DNA of 64,000 bases from an uncultured Christensenella sp. (GTDB taxonomy: Bacteria > Bacillota > Clostridia > Christensenellales > CAG-917), in contig CAJTNO010000006.1 in NCBI GenBank assembly GCA_910577815.1, positions 15,446-79,445 of the forward strand, written 5' to 3'. Under the pieces are notes generated by a model, which saw only the letters and a program-made list of their open reading frames with translations, ran no database searches and had not been told where the DNA came from. Positions within the stretch are counted from its first letter, which is position 1. The number at the start of each line of letters is the position of its first letter. A program made the translations under genes and the position numbers. Positions 55,510-64,000 of the stretch are shown in pieces.

Positions 55510-56412
55510 TCAATCGTTATTTGCAACGTCGCACAAATCAGAGCAGACTGTTAGCTTTAATTCTCCGTCGATTTCGGCAGCAACTTCCAAAACATCGTCT
55601 GATATTTCATTTGAAATAATCGGCGGAGCATCAACCGCATTATTTACCAACTGCGGAATGAGCCCTCTGAAAAGAATTTTCTTCTTATGCCAATCTATCG
55701 CTATGGCGACAAAATATATTATAGCCCCCAAAAAGCAAACCGCCATATCTTCTATCGTATCAATCAAACCGATATCAAGATAGCCGTCTATAGTAATAGA
55801 CTTTCCACTGCCGAAATAAATTACAGTCTGAGTAATTCCGTCAATGTTAAAAGTTTCGCTGTGAGTTCCCGAAAGCAGATAGGAATTAAAACCGTTAACA
55901 ATCGTATCCTCCTGCATATCCAGACCGAAAAGCGCGGTTCCTAAATATTCAAACAATTCCCAGACAAGTCCTATCGCAAGACTAAGTGCAAATCCAAACA
56001 ATAAGCAAGCCCAGAACGGTTTTTTATTTTTAGCCTCGCCGACCGCCAATTGAAAAAGCCCGAAACCGAGACAGGCAAATACAAAGCCGGACAAAACGTG
56101 CAATTTATATCGAAAAACGGCACCAAAGTATATAAATTGTATCCGACACCCATAATACTACCCATTGCGATAAACAGCGTAATTGCCAACGTAGGCGCAG
56201 GGAACTTCAATTTAAGCCATTTTTCCACGGCATAGATAAGCGGAATAAAAAATCCGAACATAAATGACATTATCGCGCTTATAACCTCGTTTACAACAAG
56301 AAAATAGATAAACAATGCCAGGCAGAATTCCGCAAACATAACAATGATTGTCAAAAACAGTTTACTGTCTTTGTTTCTTTGAGCTATATATAAAGTACGC
56401 AGGTCGTCGCAT
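55510..56412 (-). pseudogene. Polytopic membrane protein gene interrupted by at least one frameshift (or homopolymer assembly errors)
   Basis: Two overlapping ORFs in different frames (55971..56354 and 55510..56103). Both are hydrophobic until the overlap, where the upstream frame turns to non-membrane junk after …LVPFFDI at a T5 run (A5 on the + strand, 56113..56117). The only good SD+ATG (GGGAGG, ATG at 56412) is in a third frame and stops after 16 codons. Confidence 0.55.
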
Positions 56413-56625
56413 ATACACCTCCCTAAATAAAACTATAATTGTTTTTAGGATTTTAAGTTAAAATGATTTAAAAAACATTAAATTTGTAAAAAATGCCATC
56501 AAGAACCACCACTAACAAACCTTTTATGAGTTGTATATTTACAAATATTCTTATAATTCATCTTTGGGCTTACTACTTTTAAAACTCCGCTTATGTATGA
56601 ACATTGTACATTGTATGCTCAAAAG

Positions 56626-57963
56626 TTATCTGAATTTTTTGTATAATGCTACGAGCGTCTCGACATTACTCGTCTGCGGAAACATATCGTATGGCTGAAT
56701 ACTGCCAATTTCAAAGCTTTTCGACAAAATATTCAAGTCCCGCGCAAGCGTCTGAGGATTGCAGGAAATATAAACTATTTTGTCAAACCCTGTCGCACTC
56801 TCTAAAACCTCTCTGTCGCAGCCCCTGCGCGGAGGGTCCAGAATGAGCGCGCGACCATTACCCTCTATATCCTTGCAAAACAGCTTTGCGTCCGAACAAA
56901 CACATTTCACTCTGCCTGAGATACCCAACGAGCGCATCAGCTTTTCCGCGTCGCAGCTTGCTGATTTCTCTATTTCAACCGATATTATGCTCGCCTTGGG
57001 CATACGCAACGCAAGCTGAGCCGTAAGAAGTCCTACGCCCGAGTATAGCTCGACAATATCTCCGCTAAAGCCTTCAAGCGCCTTTGCCACCCCATCGTAC
57101 AAAGCGTCGCGCACGGCGTTATTCACCTGCAAAAATGATTTAGGAGAAACAACGGCTTTAAATTTTCCAAGGCTCTGCGCTTCCTCCGTTCCGCTTACAA
57201 GACGAACTGAATCTCCCATTATCACATTATCGGCGCGGGTATTGGACGAAATATACAATGCAAATTTTCCGAATGTACTTGTCAGTCTTTCCGTTAATTC
57301 GGCAAAGTGCGGCAATTTATCTCCGTTTATTACAATCGTCAGCGACAAAGTATCGAGCATACGCGCAACGGCGTGGCGCAAAAGACCTTTACGGCTGTTT
57401 TCGTCATAAACGGAAATTTCAAATTGGTTCGCCCAATCCGTAAGAACCGCAATCAGCTCTGCCGCCCACTCGCCGTGTAGAGGACACCATTTCATAGGCA
57501 CCGCTTTATGCGAACGCTTTTCATAGAAGCCCAGCGACACTCTTTTACTGCGCGCATTGTAAGCAAACGGCAAAGAAAGCTTATTGCGATATTCCCAATC
57601 GTTAAGTCTGACGGGAGTAGGCACATCCAAATTTAAGCCTGCAAATTTTTTTATCGCGCGCCTTACGCTCTCTCTTTTTATTTCAAGCTGATGCGCAGTA
57701 TCGGCGTGCTGAAGGTCGCAGCCTCCGCACTTGCCGAAATACGGACAACGCGGCTTAACCCTTGAGGACGACGGCTTTATAATTTTAGTAACTTCGCCGA
57801 AAGCGCAATCCTTTTTAACATATACGATACGTGCGCAGACCTCCTCGCCGACTAAAGCGCAAGGCACAAATACGGGATAGCCGTCAAGCTTTATTACTCC
57901 CTCTCCGTCGCTACCGAAATCCGTAACGGTACCGTCTATGATGTCGCCCGCAATCAAATCCAA
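56626..57963 (-). CDS. TRAM-domain 23S rRNA (uracil-5-)-methyltransferase, RumA/RlmD family
   Basis: 445 aa with an N-terminal TRAM-like domain, the Cys cluster CPYFGKCGGCDLQH, and a SAM-MTase C-terminal half (ILDPPRRGC…YISCNPQTLARD). Confidence 0.85.
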   Translation of the reverse strand: MDLIAGDIIDGTVTDFGSDGEGVIKLDGYPVFVPCALVGEEVCARIVYVKKDCAFGEVTKIIKPSSSRVKPRCPYFGKCGGCDLQHADTAHQLEIKRESVRRAIKKFAGLNLDVPTPVRLNDWEYRNKLSLPFAYNARSKRVSLGFYEKRSHKAVPMKWCPLHGEWAAELIAVLTDWANQFEISVYDENSRKGLLRHAVARMLDTLSLTIVINGDKLPHFAELTERLTSTFGKFALYISSNTRADNVIMGDSVRLVSGTEEAQSLGKFKAVVSPKSFLQVNNAVRDALYDGVAKALEGFSGDIVELYSGVGLLTAQLALRMPKASIISVEIEKSASCDAEKLMRSLGISGRVKCVCSDAKLFCKDIEGNGRALILDPPRRGCDREVLESATGFDKIVYISCNPQTLARDLNILSKSFEIGSIQPYDMFPQTSNVETLVALYKKFR

Positions 57964-58093
57964 ATCACACCTTTATCAAGCTAAAATAACAGTATTAACC
58001 TCTATTTTTGCATAATATTATTAAAAGCTTTATATCACATATTATAGCAAAACCCAAGACGCGCTTGGGTTTTGCTATTTTTAAAATTGATAA

Positions 58094-59341
58094 TTACAGA
58101 GTTGCAAACACTTTTTTAAGCTGTGCAAATCTCGGCAAACCGTCCTCGAGCGGAGCCTTTGCGTCGCCCTGAATAAGGGGCAAAGCGTACTCGATAAACT
58201 CATCGCCGACATAAGACCCGTCCTGAGTAATCCACTCAAGCGGAACTTTCTTTTCGGTATTGGCGGCAAGCTCAAGAGGCATTAGCACGTTTTTACAAAC
58301 GTAATTTCCGTTTTCGTCGGCAGTTCTCTCAAAAATAACCATCTTGTCGGTTTCGCCCTCTATCGCGCTTCTTACCGCAAACGCGCCCGCGTTAAACGCT
58401 TCCTCGACGTCGGTCCTGGACGCGAGGTGTGCGCCGCAGCGTTGCATAAGGCTAAGCTCTATAGCACGCACCTTAACGCCGAGTCTTTCCTTAACAATGT
58501 TGGCAAGCAGTTGAGCAAGACCGCCCAACTGAGCGTGTCCGAAGGTGTCGTTCTGCGAAACGGAGCACTCCGCCACATATTTACCCTCCGCATTCTTCAA
58601 GCCCTCGGAAACGGCTACAATACACTTATTGTCATTCCTTTCGCAAACGCTTTTTACGGATTCTACAAACTTATCCACGTCAAACGGAACCTCGGGCAGA
58701 TAAATCAAATCGGCGCCGAGTCCCTTGTATCCTGCGAGCGCGGCGGCTGCGGTGAGCCAGCCTGCGTTTCTTCCCATAATTTCGATGATACAAACCTGTC
58801 CGAAATTATAAACCTTGGCGTCCAGATTACATTCCATAATGGTATTTGCAATATACTTTGCCGCGCTGGCGTAGCCCGGGCAGTGGTCGGTGCCGAAAAG
58901 GTCGTTATCGATGGTCTTAGGCACGCCGATTACGTTGCACTCATAGCCTACCGACTGAAGATACTTGCTGACCTTGTTGCAGGTATCCATACTGTCGTTG
59001 CCGCCGTTATAGAAAAAGTAGCGGATATTATACTTTTCAAAAACCTCGAGTATGCGCTTGTAATCCGTATCGTCAACATCCGCGTCCTTAAGCTTATAAC
59101 GCGCCGAGCCGAGCGCCGAGGACGGAGTGTATTTAAGCAGCTCCAGTTCCTTGGGGTCTTCTTTGGATATATCGAAAAACTTCTCGTTAAGGATGCCGAC
59201 TATTCCGTGTTCCGCGCCGTAGACCGCCGTTATATTGCCCTGCTTTAACGCCTCTGTAAATACGCCCGCGGCACTGCTGTTGATGACGGAGGTAGGACCT
59301 CCGCTCTGACCGAACATACACGCGCCAACCAAATTTTTCAT
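58094..59341 (-). CDS. pfp: Pyrophosphate-dependent 6-phosphofructokinase (long-form PFK)
   Basis: 415 aa with GGPTSVINSS. GGNDS has Asp at the position of E. coli Gly104, and PKTIDND has Lys at the position of Gly124. Both are classic signatures of PPi-PFK rather than ATP-PFK. Confidence 0.8.
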   Translation of the reverse strand: MKNLVGACMFGQSGGPTSVINSSAAGVFTEALKQGNITAVYGAEHGIVGILNEKFFDISKEDPKELELLKYTPSSALGSARYKLKDADVDDTDYKRILEVFEKYNIRYFFYNGGNDSMDTCNKVSKYLQSVGYECNVIGVPKTIDNDLFGTDHCPGYASAAKYIANTIMECNLDAKVYNFGQVCIIEIMGRNAGWLTAAAALAGYKGLGADLIYLPEVPFDVDKFVESVKSVCERNDNKCIVAVSEGLKNAEGKYVAECSVSQNDTFGHAQLGGLAQLLANIVKERLGVKVRAIELSLMQRCGAHLASRTDVEEAFNAGAFAVRSAIEGETDKMVIFERTADENGNYVCKNVLMPLELAANTEKKVPLEWITQDGSYVGDEFIEYALPLIQGDAKAPLEDGLPRFAQLKKVFATL

Positions 59342-59527
59342 AAATTAACTCCTTTGCAAATTGGGATATAATGCTATTTAGCTATACTATGATAATATAT
59401 TTACTTTCATTTTACAAGCAAATTTTAAGGCTTGGACAATCACGCTTTTGATTTTATATCATCAAGCTACATACAAGCACCGACGCTAAGCGTTTTACGG
59501 TTTAACATACAAAAAGCAAAACAACTA

Positions 59528-59551
59528 AAACCGCGCTTTATTGCGCGGTTT
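59528..59551 (-). terminator. Intrinsic terminator after pfkA
   Basis: AAACCGCGC-TTTATT-GCGCGGTTT. Confidence 0.6.
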
Positions 59552-59579
59552 CAATCGAATTAAATACTTATTTTGCAAA

Positions 59580-60563
59580 TTACTTGCTTATAGTAATAGC
59601 AAGATTATAAAGCTGCTCGTCGAACTCCTTGGGAATTTTGAGTGCCTCGAGCACCGTCGTATCGTAAATATCGCCGCCGCGGACACCTACGACTCTGCCC
59701 GACTGTCCGCACTCGATAAGGTCAACCGCACGCTGAGCCATACGCGCCGCAAGCACGCGGTCCGCCATAGTGGGAATACCGCCGCGCTGCATATAGCCGA
59801 GCGCCATATGGTTTACTCTGCGGTTTGTTGCGTCCGCCACCTTTTTTACAAGCTCGTCCTTAAGCTCGTTCTTTCCCTCGGCAAGCAGAATGATAGTGGA
59901 GGTCTTACCCTTGTCAAAGCCGCGCTTTACGCTCTTTGCAATTTCGTCGACGTCTGCGGGTGCTTCGGGAACGATAACGTACTCCGCGCCGCCCGCGACA
60001 GCGGAGTTGAGCGCGATATTTCCGCTCATTCTTCCCATAACCTCCAAAATCATAATGCGGTCGTGCGAGGTAATGGTATCGCGCAGCTTGAGTATAGCGT
60101 CTATAACCGTGTTGCACGCCGTATCGTAGCCGATTGTGGAATCGGTATAGCCCATATCGTTGTCTATAGTGCCGGGGATACCTATAACGCTAAGCTCGGT
60201 ATTTTCGTGCAAGTCCTCCACGCCCCTGAAGGAGCCGTCGCCGCCGATGACGATAAGATTGTCGATGCCGCGTCTTAAAAGATTTTCCGCCGCCTTCATC
60301 ATAACGTCCTTTTCTTTGAACTCGAGGCAGCGCGCGGAACGGAGAATAGTGCCTCCCGCGTGAACGCTGTTGGAAACGGAGCTGTAATCCATCGGGAAAA
60401 TCTCGTCGTTAACCAAGCCCTTATAGCCGTGTCTGACTCCGTACATTTCAAAGCCGTGGCTTAAGCCGTAGCGCACAACTGTACGGATGCAGGCGTTCAT
60501 ACCCGAAGCGTCGCCGCCGCTTGTAAGCACGGCGAGCTTTTTATTTACACATTTTTTTGCCAT
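59580..60563 (-). CDS. pfkA: ATP-dependent 6-phosphofructokinase
   Basis: 327 aa with TSGGDASGMNA, GGDGS, PGTIDND and VMGRMSG (ATP-type residues). Confidence 0.9.
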   Translation of the reverse strand: MAKKCVNKKLAVLTSGGDASGMNACIRTVVRYGLSHGFEMYGVRHGYKGLVNDEIFPMDYSSVSNSVHAGGTILRSARCLEFKEKDVMMKAAENLLRRGIDNLIVIGGDGSFRGVEDLHENTELSVIGIPGTIDNDMGYTDSTIGYDTACNTVIDAILKLRDTITSHDRIMILEVMGRMSGNIALNSAVAGGAEYVIVPEAPADVDEIAKSVKRGFDKGKTSTIILLAEGKNELKDELVKKVADATNRRVNHMALGYMQRGGIPTMADRVLAARMAQRAVDLIECGQSGRVVGVRGGDIYDTTVLEALKIPKEFDEQLYNLAITISK

Positions 60564-60662
60564 ATATATGCCTCACAAAATTTATTTCGAATTAGAAAAT
60601 ATGATATCACCGCAAAAATATACGCGCAAGCGATTTGAGCATACATTTTCCGCGTTAATATT

Positions 60663-63600
60663 TTATTTTTTACGCACGTAGCGAACCCGATTGGAGCCGA
60701 GCAGGTCGCCAAGGCGCGCAAGCAGCTCGTCGCAGATACGCACGGTCTGCGGATATTCCATAAGCCTCGGCTTGCCGTCGTAGGTAATCTGCGCCTGACA
60801 GGGTGTGTTGCCCTCGTACATCTTAAGCACTTCGGCAACCGTTCCGCGCTCGTCCGCGCTGTTTACAAGCACGTAAAGTATCCCTTCCGCCTCGCTTCTT
60901 GCGGGCTTTGACACAGCTTGCGCCGCGGCGTTATTATTCCAAAGCTCCGCGCCGTCGATATTTATCTTAGGCTCGCTCTCGTCGCGCAGGTCTATCTTTC
61001 CCGTAACCTTTATGGGTTTGTCGCCGGCAAGCAGCTCCGCGTATTTCTCATACGTGCGCGCATACATCGTAAACGCAATGGAGCCCGCTCTGTCCTCCAG
61101 TCTGCCCACCGCAAACTTCTGCTGCTGTTTAGTAGTCTTGACCTCGTATGACGCAACGATACATCCGAATCTCACCGATTTGCCCGACAACTGCTGGTCG
61201 ATAACCATATTCACGTTTCCGTCCTCGTCCGCCTGCTCCGTAAACAGCATTCCCGTATCGAAGTTAAACTCTCCCGCCGCCTCTCTGTAGTCGTCAAGGG
61301 GATGCCCCGAAAGATACATTCCGAGAACCTCTTTTTCAAGCGACAGTCTTTGGAGCTTCGGATATTCCTCCAAAACGCTGTACGTATCTTTATATTCGAC
61401 CATTTCGTCAAAGAGTGACATCTGCGCGGACATCCTGTTCTTTTTTGACTTAACGACGTCGTCCATAATGCGCTCGTAGGACGCCATAAGCGTAGACCTC
61501 GTAAGGTTAAAGCAGTCGAGCGCGCCGCCCTTGATAAGACTTTCAAGCATACGCTTGTTTATCTGCTCGGAGCATCTTTCAAGCAGGTCGCGCAAATCCT
61601 TAAACTCTCCGCCCGCGTTGCGCTCGGCTATAATAAATTCCGTCGCCGCCTCTCCCACGTTCTTGATGCCCGACAAGCCGTAACGCACGTTTTCGCCGTC
61701 TATGGAGAAAAGCTTTTCGGAGCGGTTTATATCGGGCTGCAATATCTTCACTCCCGTACGCTTGAGGTAATTCATATAGTGTTTTACCTCGTCCGCATTG
61801 GTTATGCGGTTATTGACAACCGCAACAATAAAGTGCGTGGGATAGTAGCACTTAAGATATGCGGTCTGATACGTCAAAAACGTATATGCCGCGGCGTGCG
61901 ATTTATTAAACGCGTATTCGGCAAACTTCATAATCTGGTCGAAAAGATGGTTTGCAATCTCCTCGTCCACGCCGTTTGCAACCGCGCCGCAGTTCTGTTT
62001 TTGCGTAGCGTCGCCTTTCAGCACGCCGCCGTGCAGGAATACGTCGCGCATAGAAAGCAGTACGTCCGCCTTTTTCTTGGACATTGCCCTGCGCATAATA
62101 TCCGCGCCTCCGAAGGAGAAGCCCGCCATTTTCTGCGCAATCTGCATAACCTGCTCCTGATACACGATACAGCCGTAGGTATTACCGAGCACCTCCTTAA
62201 GAATAGGATGCGCGTATTGGACTTGGTCGGGATGCTTTTTACCCTCTATAAAGTCGTCTACAAACTGCATAGGACCGGGACGGTAAAGCGAAATACCCGC
62301 TATGACGTCCTCGAGCGAGTCGGGCTGAAGCCTTGCCATAAATCGCTTCATACCGCCCGATTCCAACTGAAATACCGCTTCGCAGTCGCCTGAGGATATA
62401 AGCTCGTAAACCTTCGGGTCCTCGTAACCGAGCTTATCGAAGTCAAGCTCTACACCCTTATCCTTTTTAATGAGTTTAAGCGCCTCGTTGATATCCGTAA
62501 GCGTTTTAAGCCCGAGGAAGTCCATTTTGAGAAGTCCTACGTCCTCGATTATGTTTTTATCGAACTGAGTGGTTATAACCGAATCGCTGCCCGAGCCGTT
62601 TCTCGATAGCGCGCAATAGTTCTCTACGGGGTCGCGGCAGATAACCACGCCCGCGGCGTGCATCGAGGTCTGTCGCGGCATACCCTCGAGCTGCATAGCC
62701 AAATCTATCGCCTGTCTGGCGGCGGGACTGGAATCGTAAATGCGCTTGAAATCGGGGCTGAAGAAGCTGCTGCCCTCCATAAGCACCTGCGGCAGCAGAA
62801 CCTTGCCTACGGGTATTTCCTTTACCCAAAGCGCCGCCTCCGCATAAGGAACGTCAAGCACTCGGGCTACGTCCTTTACAACTGCCTTCGCGCTCATCGT
62901 AGAGTACGCGATTATCTGCGACACGTTATCCTTGCCGTACTTGCGAATACAGTAATCTATTACCTCCTGCCGTCTTACAAAGCAGAAGTCCACGTCAAAG
63001 TCGGGCATCGTAACGCGCTCCTGCGACAAAAATCTTTCAAACAGAAGCTGATATTTCAAGGGGTCTATATCGGTAATTCCTATAGAATACGCAACGATGC
63101 TGCCGCAGCCGCTTCCGCGCCCGGGACCTACCGGAATACCCATTTTTTTTGCGGCGTTGACGTAGTCCCATACTATTAGAAAGTATCCGTCGAAGCCGCA
63201 CTTGTTTATGATACCGAGCTCGTAATCTATACGCTCCTTCATATCGGGAGTTATCTCGTCGTATCTTTTCCTTAGTCCCTCCCAGGCTATATCGTGAAGA
63301 TACTGCTTTTCGTCTCTGTCGCCCATTTCCTCGTTGCGGTATACGGGAATAATCGGCTTGCGCTTTAGCACAAAAAAGTCCTCTATCTTATCCGCAATCT
63401 CGCGCGTAGCGGAAATAGCCTCCGGACACCAATCGAAAAGCTCCGCCATTTCGTCGCCGGATTTTAGATAAAACTCGTCGTTGCTGAAGCGCGCCGAATT
63501 TGTTTTATCGTCGGATTTCTTACAGCCGAGCGTGATACACATCATAGTATCCTGCATATCGGCGTCCTCGCGCTTGAGATAATGGACGTCGTTTGTAGCC

Positions 63601-64000
63601 ACAACCTTTACGCCTATCTCCCTTGCGATTTTGACAAGCTGATTGTTGACAATCGCGTCCTCGGGCAAATGGTGGTCCTGAAGCTCTATGTAAAAATCTC
63701 CCTCGTCAAACATATCGCGCATACGGATAGCGTACTGCTTCGCCTCCTCGTACTTGCCCGCAAGTATTAAACGGGGTATCTTTCCCGCAAGACACGCCGA
63801 AAGACATATAAGTCCCTCGCTGTGCTCAGCAATATGCTCGAGGTCGATACGCGGACGCATATAAAAGCCGTCTACAAACGCCTTTGAGGACAGCTTCATA
63901 AGATTTTCATAGCCCTTAAGGTTTTTAGCAAGCAAAATCAGATGATAACGTTGCTTAAGAACTTCGGGAGTTTTAACATACAAATCCTCGGCAACGTAAA
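60663..64000 (-). CDS. dnaE: DNA polymerase III alpha subunit, N-terminus truncated by the window edge
   Basis: More than 1106 aa with the Pol IIIα motifs GPGRGSGCGSIVAY and MPDFDVDFC and an OB-fold C-terminus. The frame stays open to position 64000. Confidence 0.95.
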   Translation of the reverse strand, partial: YVAEDLYVKTPEVLKQRYHLILLAKNLKGYENLMKLSSKAFVDGFYMRPRIDLEHIAEHSEGLICLSACLAGKIPRLILAGKYEEAKQYAIRMRDMFDEGDFYIELQDHHLPEDAIVNNQLVKIAREIGVKVVATNDVHYLKREDADMQDTMMCITLGCKKSDDKTNSARFSNDEFYLKSGDEMAELFDWCPEAISATREIADKIEDFFVLKRKPIIPVYRNEEMGDRDEKQYLHDIAWEGLRKRYDEITPDMKERIDYELGIINKCGFDGYFLIVWDYVNAAKKMGIPVGPGRGSGCGSIVAYSIGITDIDPLKYQLLFERFLSQERVTMPDFDVDFCFVRRQEVIDYCIRKYGKDNVSQIIAYSTMSAKAVVKDVARVLDVPYAEAALWVKEIPVGKVLLPQVLMEGSSFFSPDFKRIYDSSPAARQAIDLAMQLEGMPRQTSMHAAGVVICRDPVENYCALSRNGSGSDSVITTQFDKNIIEDVGLLKMDFLGLKTLTDINEALKLIKKDKGVELDFDKLGYEDPKVYELISSGDCEAVFQLESGGMKRFMARLQPDSLEDVIAGISLYRPGPMQFVDDFIEGKKHPDQVQYAHPILKEVLGNTYGCIVYQEQVMQIAQKMAGFSFGGADIMRRAMSKKKADVLLSMRDVFLHGGVLKGDATQKQNCGAVANGVDEEIANHLFDQIMKFAEYAFNKSHAAAYTFLTYQTAYLKCYYPTHFIVAVVNNRITNADEVKHYMNYLKRTGVKILQPDINRSEKLFSIDGENVRYGLSGIKNVGEAATEFIIAERNAGGEFKDLRDLLERCSEQINKRMLESLIKGGALDCFNLTRSTLMASYERIMDDVVKSKKNRMSAQMSLFDEMVEYKDTYSVLEEYPKLQRLSLEKEVLGMYLSGHPLDDYREAAGEFNFDTGMLFTEQADEDGNVNMVIDQQLSGKSVRFGCIVASYEVKTTKQQQKFAVGRLEDRAGSIAFTMYARTYEKYAELLAGDKPIKVTGKIDLRDESEPKINIDGAELWNNNAAAQAVSKPARSEAEGILYVLVNSADERGTVAEVLKMYEGNTPCQAQITYDGKPRLMEYPQTVRICDELLARLGDLLGSNRVRYVRKK

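Overview
The window looks like a chromosomal segment of an anaerobic Firmicutes/Clostridia-type bacterium. That call rests on AdhE, two [FeFe]-hydrogenase-family genes, PPi- plus ATP-dependent PFK, a YitT protein, a DUF1538/P-II cluster and dnaE-pfkA synteny.

Layout:
(1) 1..~14.3 kb is a phage-derived block. On the - strand it carries a terminase/portal/scaffold/capsid/neck operon whose gene order and sizes resemble P22. On the + strand it carries a replication module whose core is a circovirus-type (CRESS-like) cassette: a stem-loop with loop TACTATTAC, tandem iterons, and an HUH+SF3-helicase Rep.
(2) 14.4..34.6 kb holds host metabolic and regulatory genes. These are membrane proteins, DUF1538 with two P-II-like genes, YitT, an acetyltransferase, a mutarotase, a sensory-hydrogenase operon (2x [2Fe-2S] ferredoxin, HydS-like, PP2C, [FeFe] hydrogenase), adhE, a MarR regulator, a GPH transporter and a flavodoxin-like protein.
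(3) 34.8..35.5 kb holds tRNA-Glu(CUC). Its 3' end plus flank is duplicated next to a truncated IS200-family tnpA.
(4) 35.7..52.3 kb is a surface-protein locus with four very large secreted, lipoprotein or membrane proteins. Two apparent phase-variation devices sit here: a consensus promoter flanked by 23-bp lox-like inverted sites, and a G9 tract that forms a 17-nt promoter spacer.
(5) 52.6..64 kb holds a Galf glycosyltransferase with glf, a frameshifted membrane-protein gene, an RNA methyltransferase, pfp, pfkA and a dnaE truncated by the window edge.

I saw no rRNA gene, CRISPR array, integrase or recombinase. All calls come from reading the sequence and the ORF track by eye. Small-motif coordinates were hand-counted and family assignments were not checked against any database.
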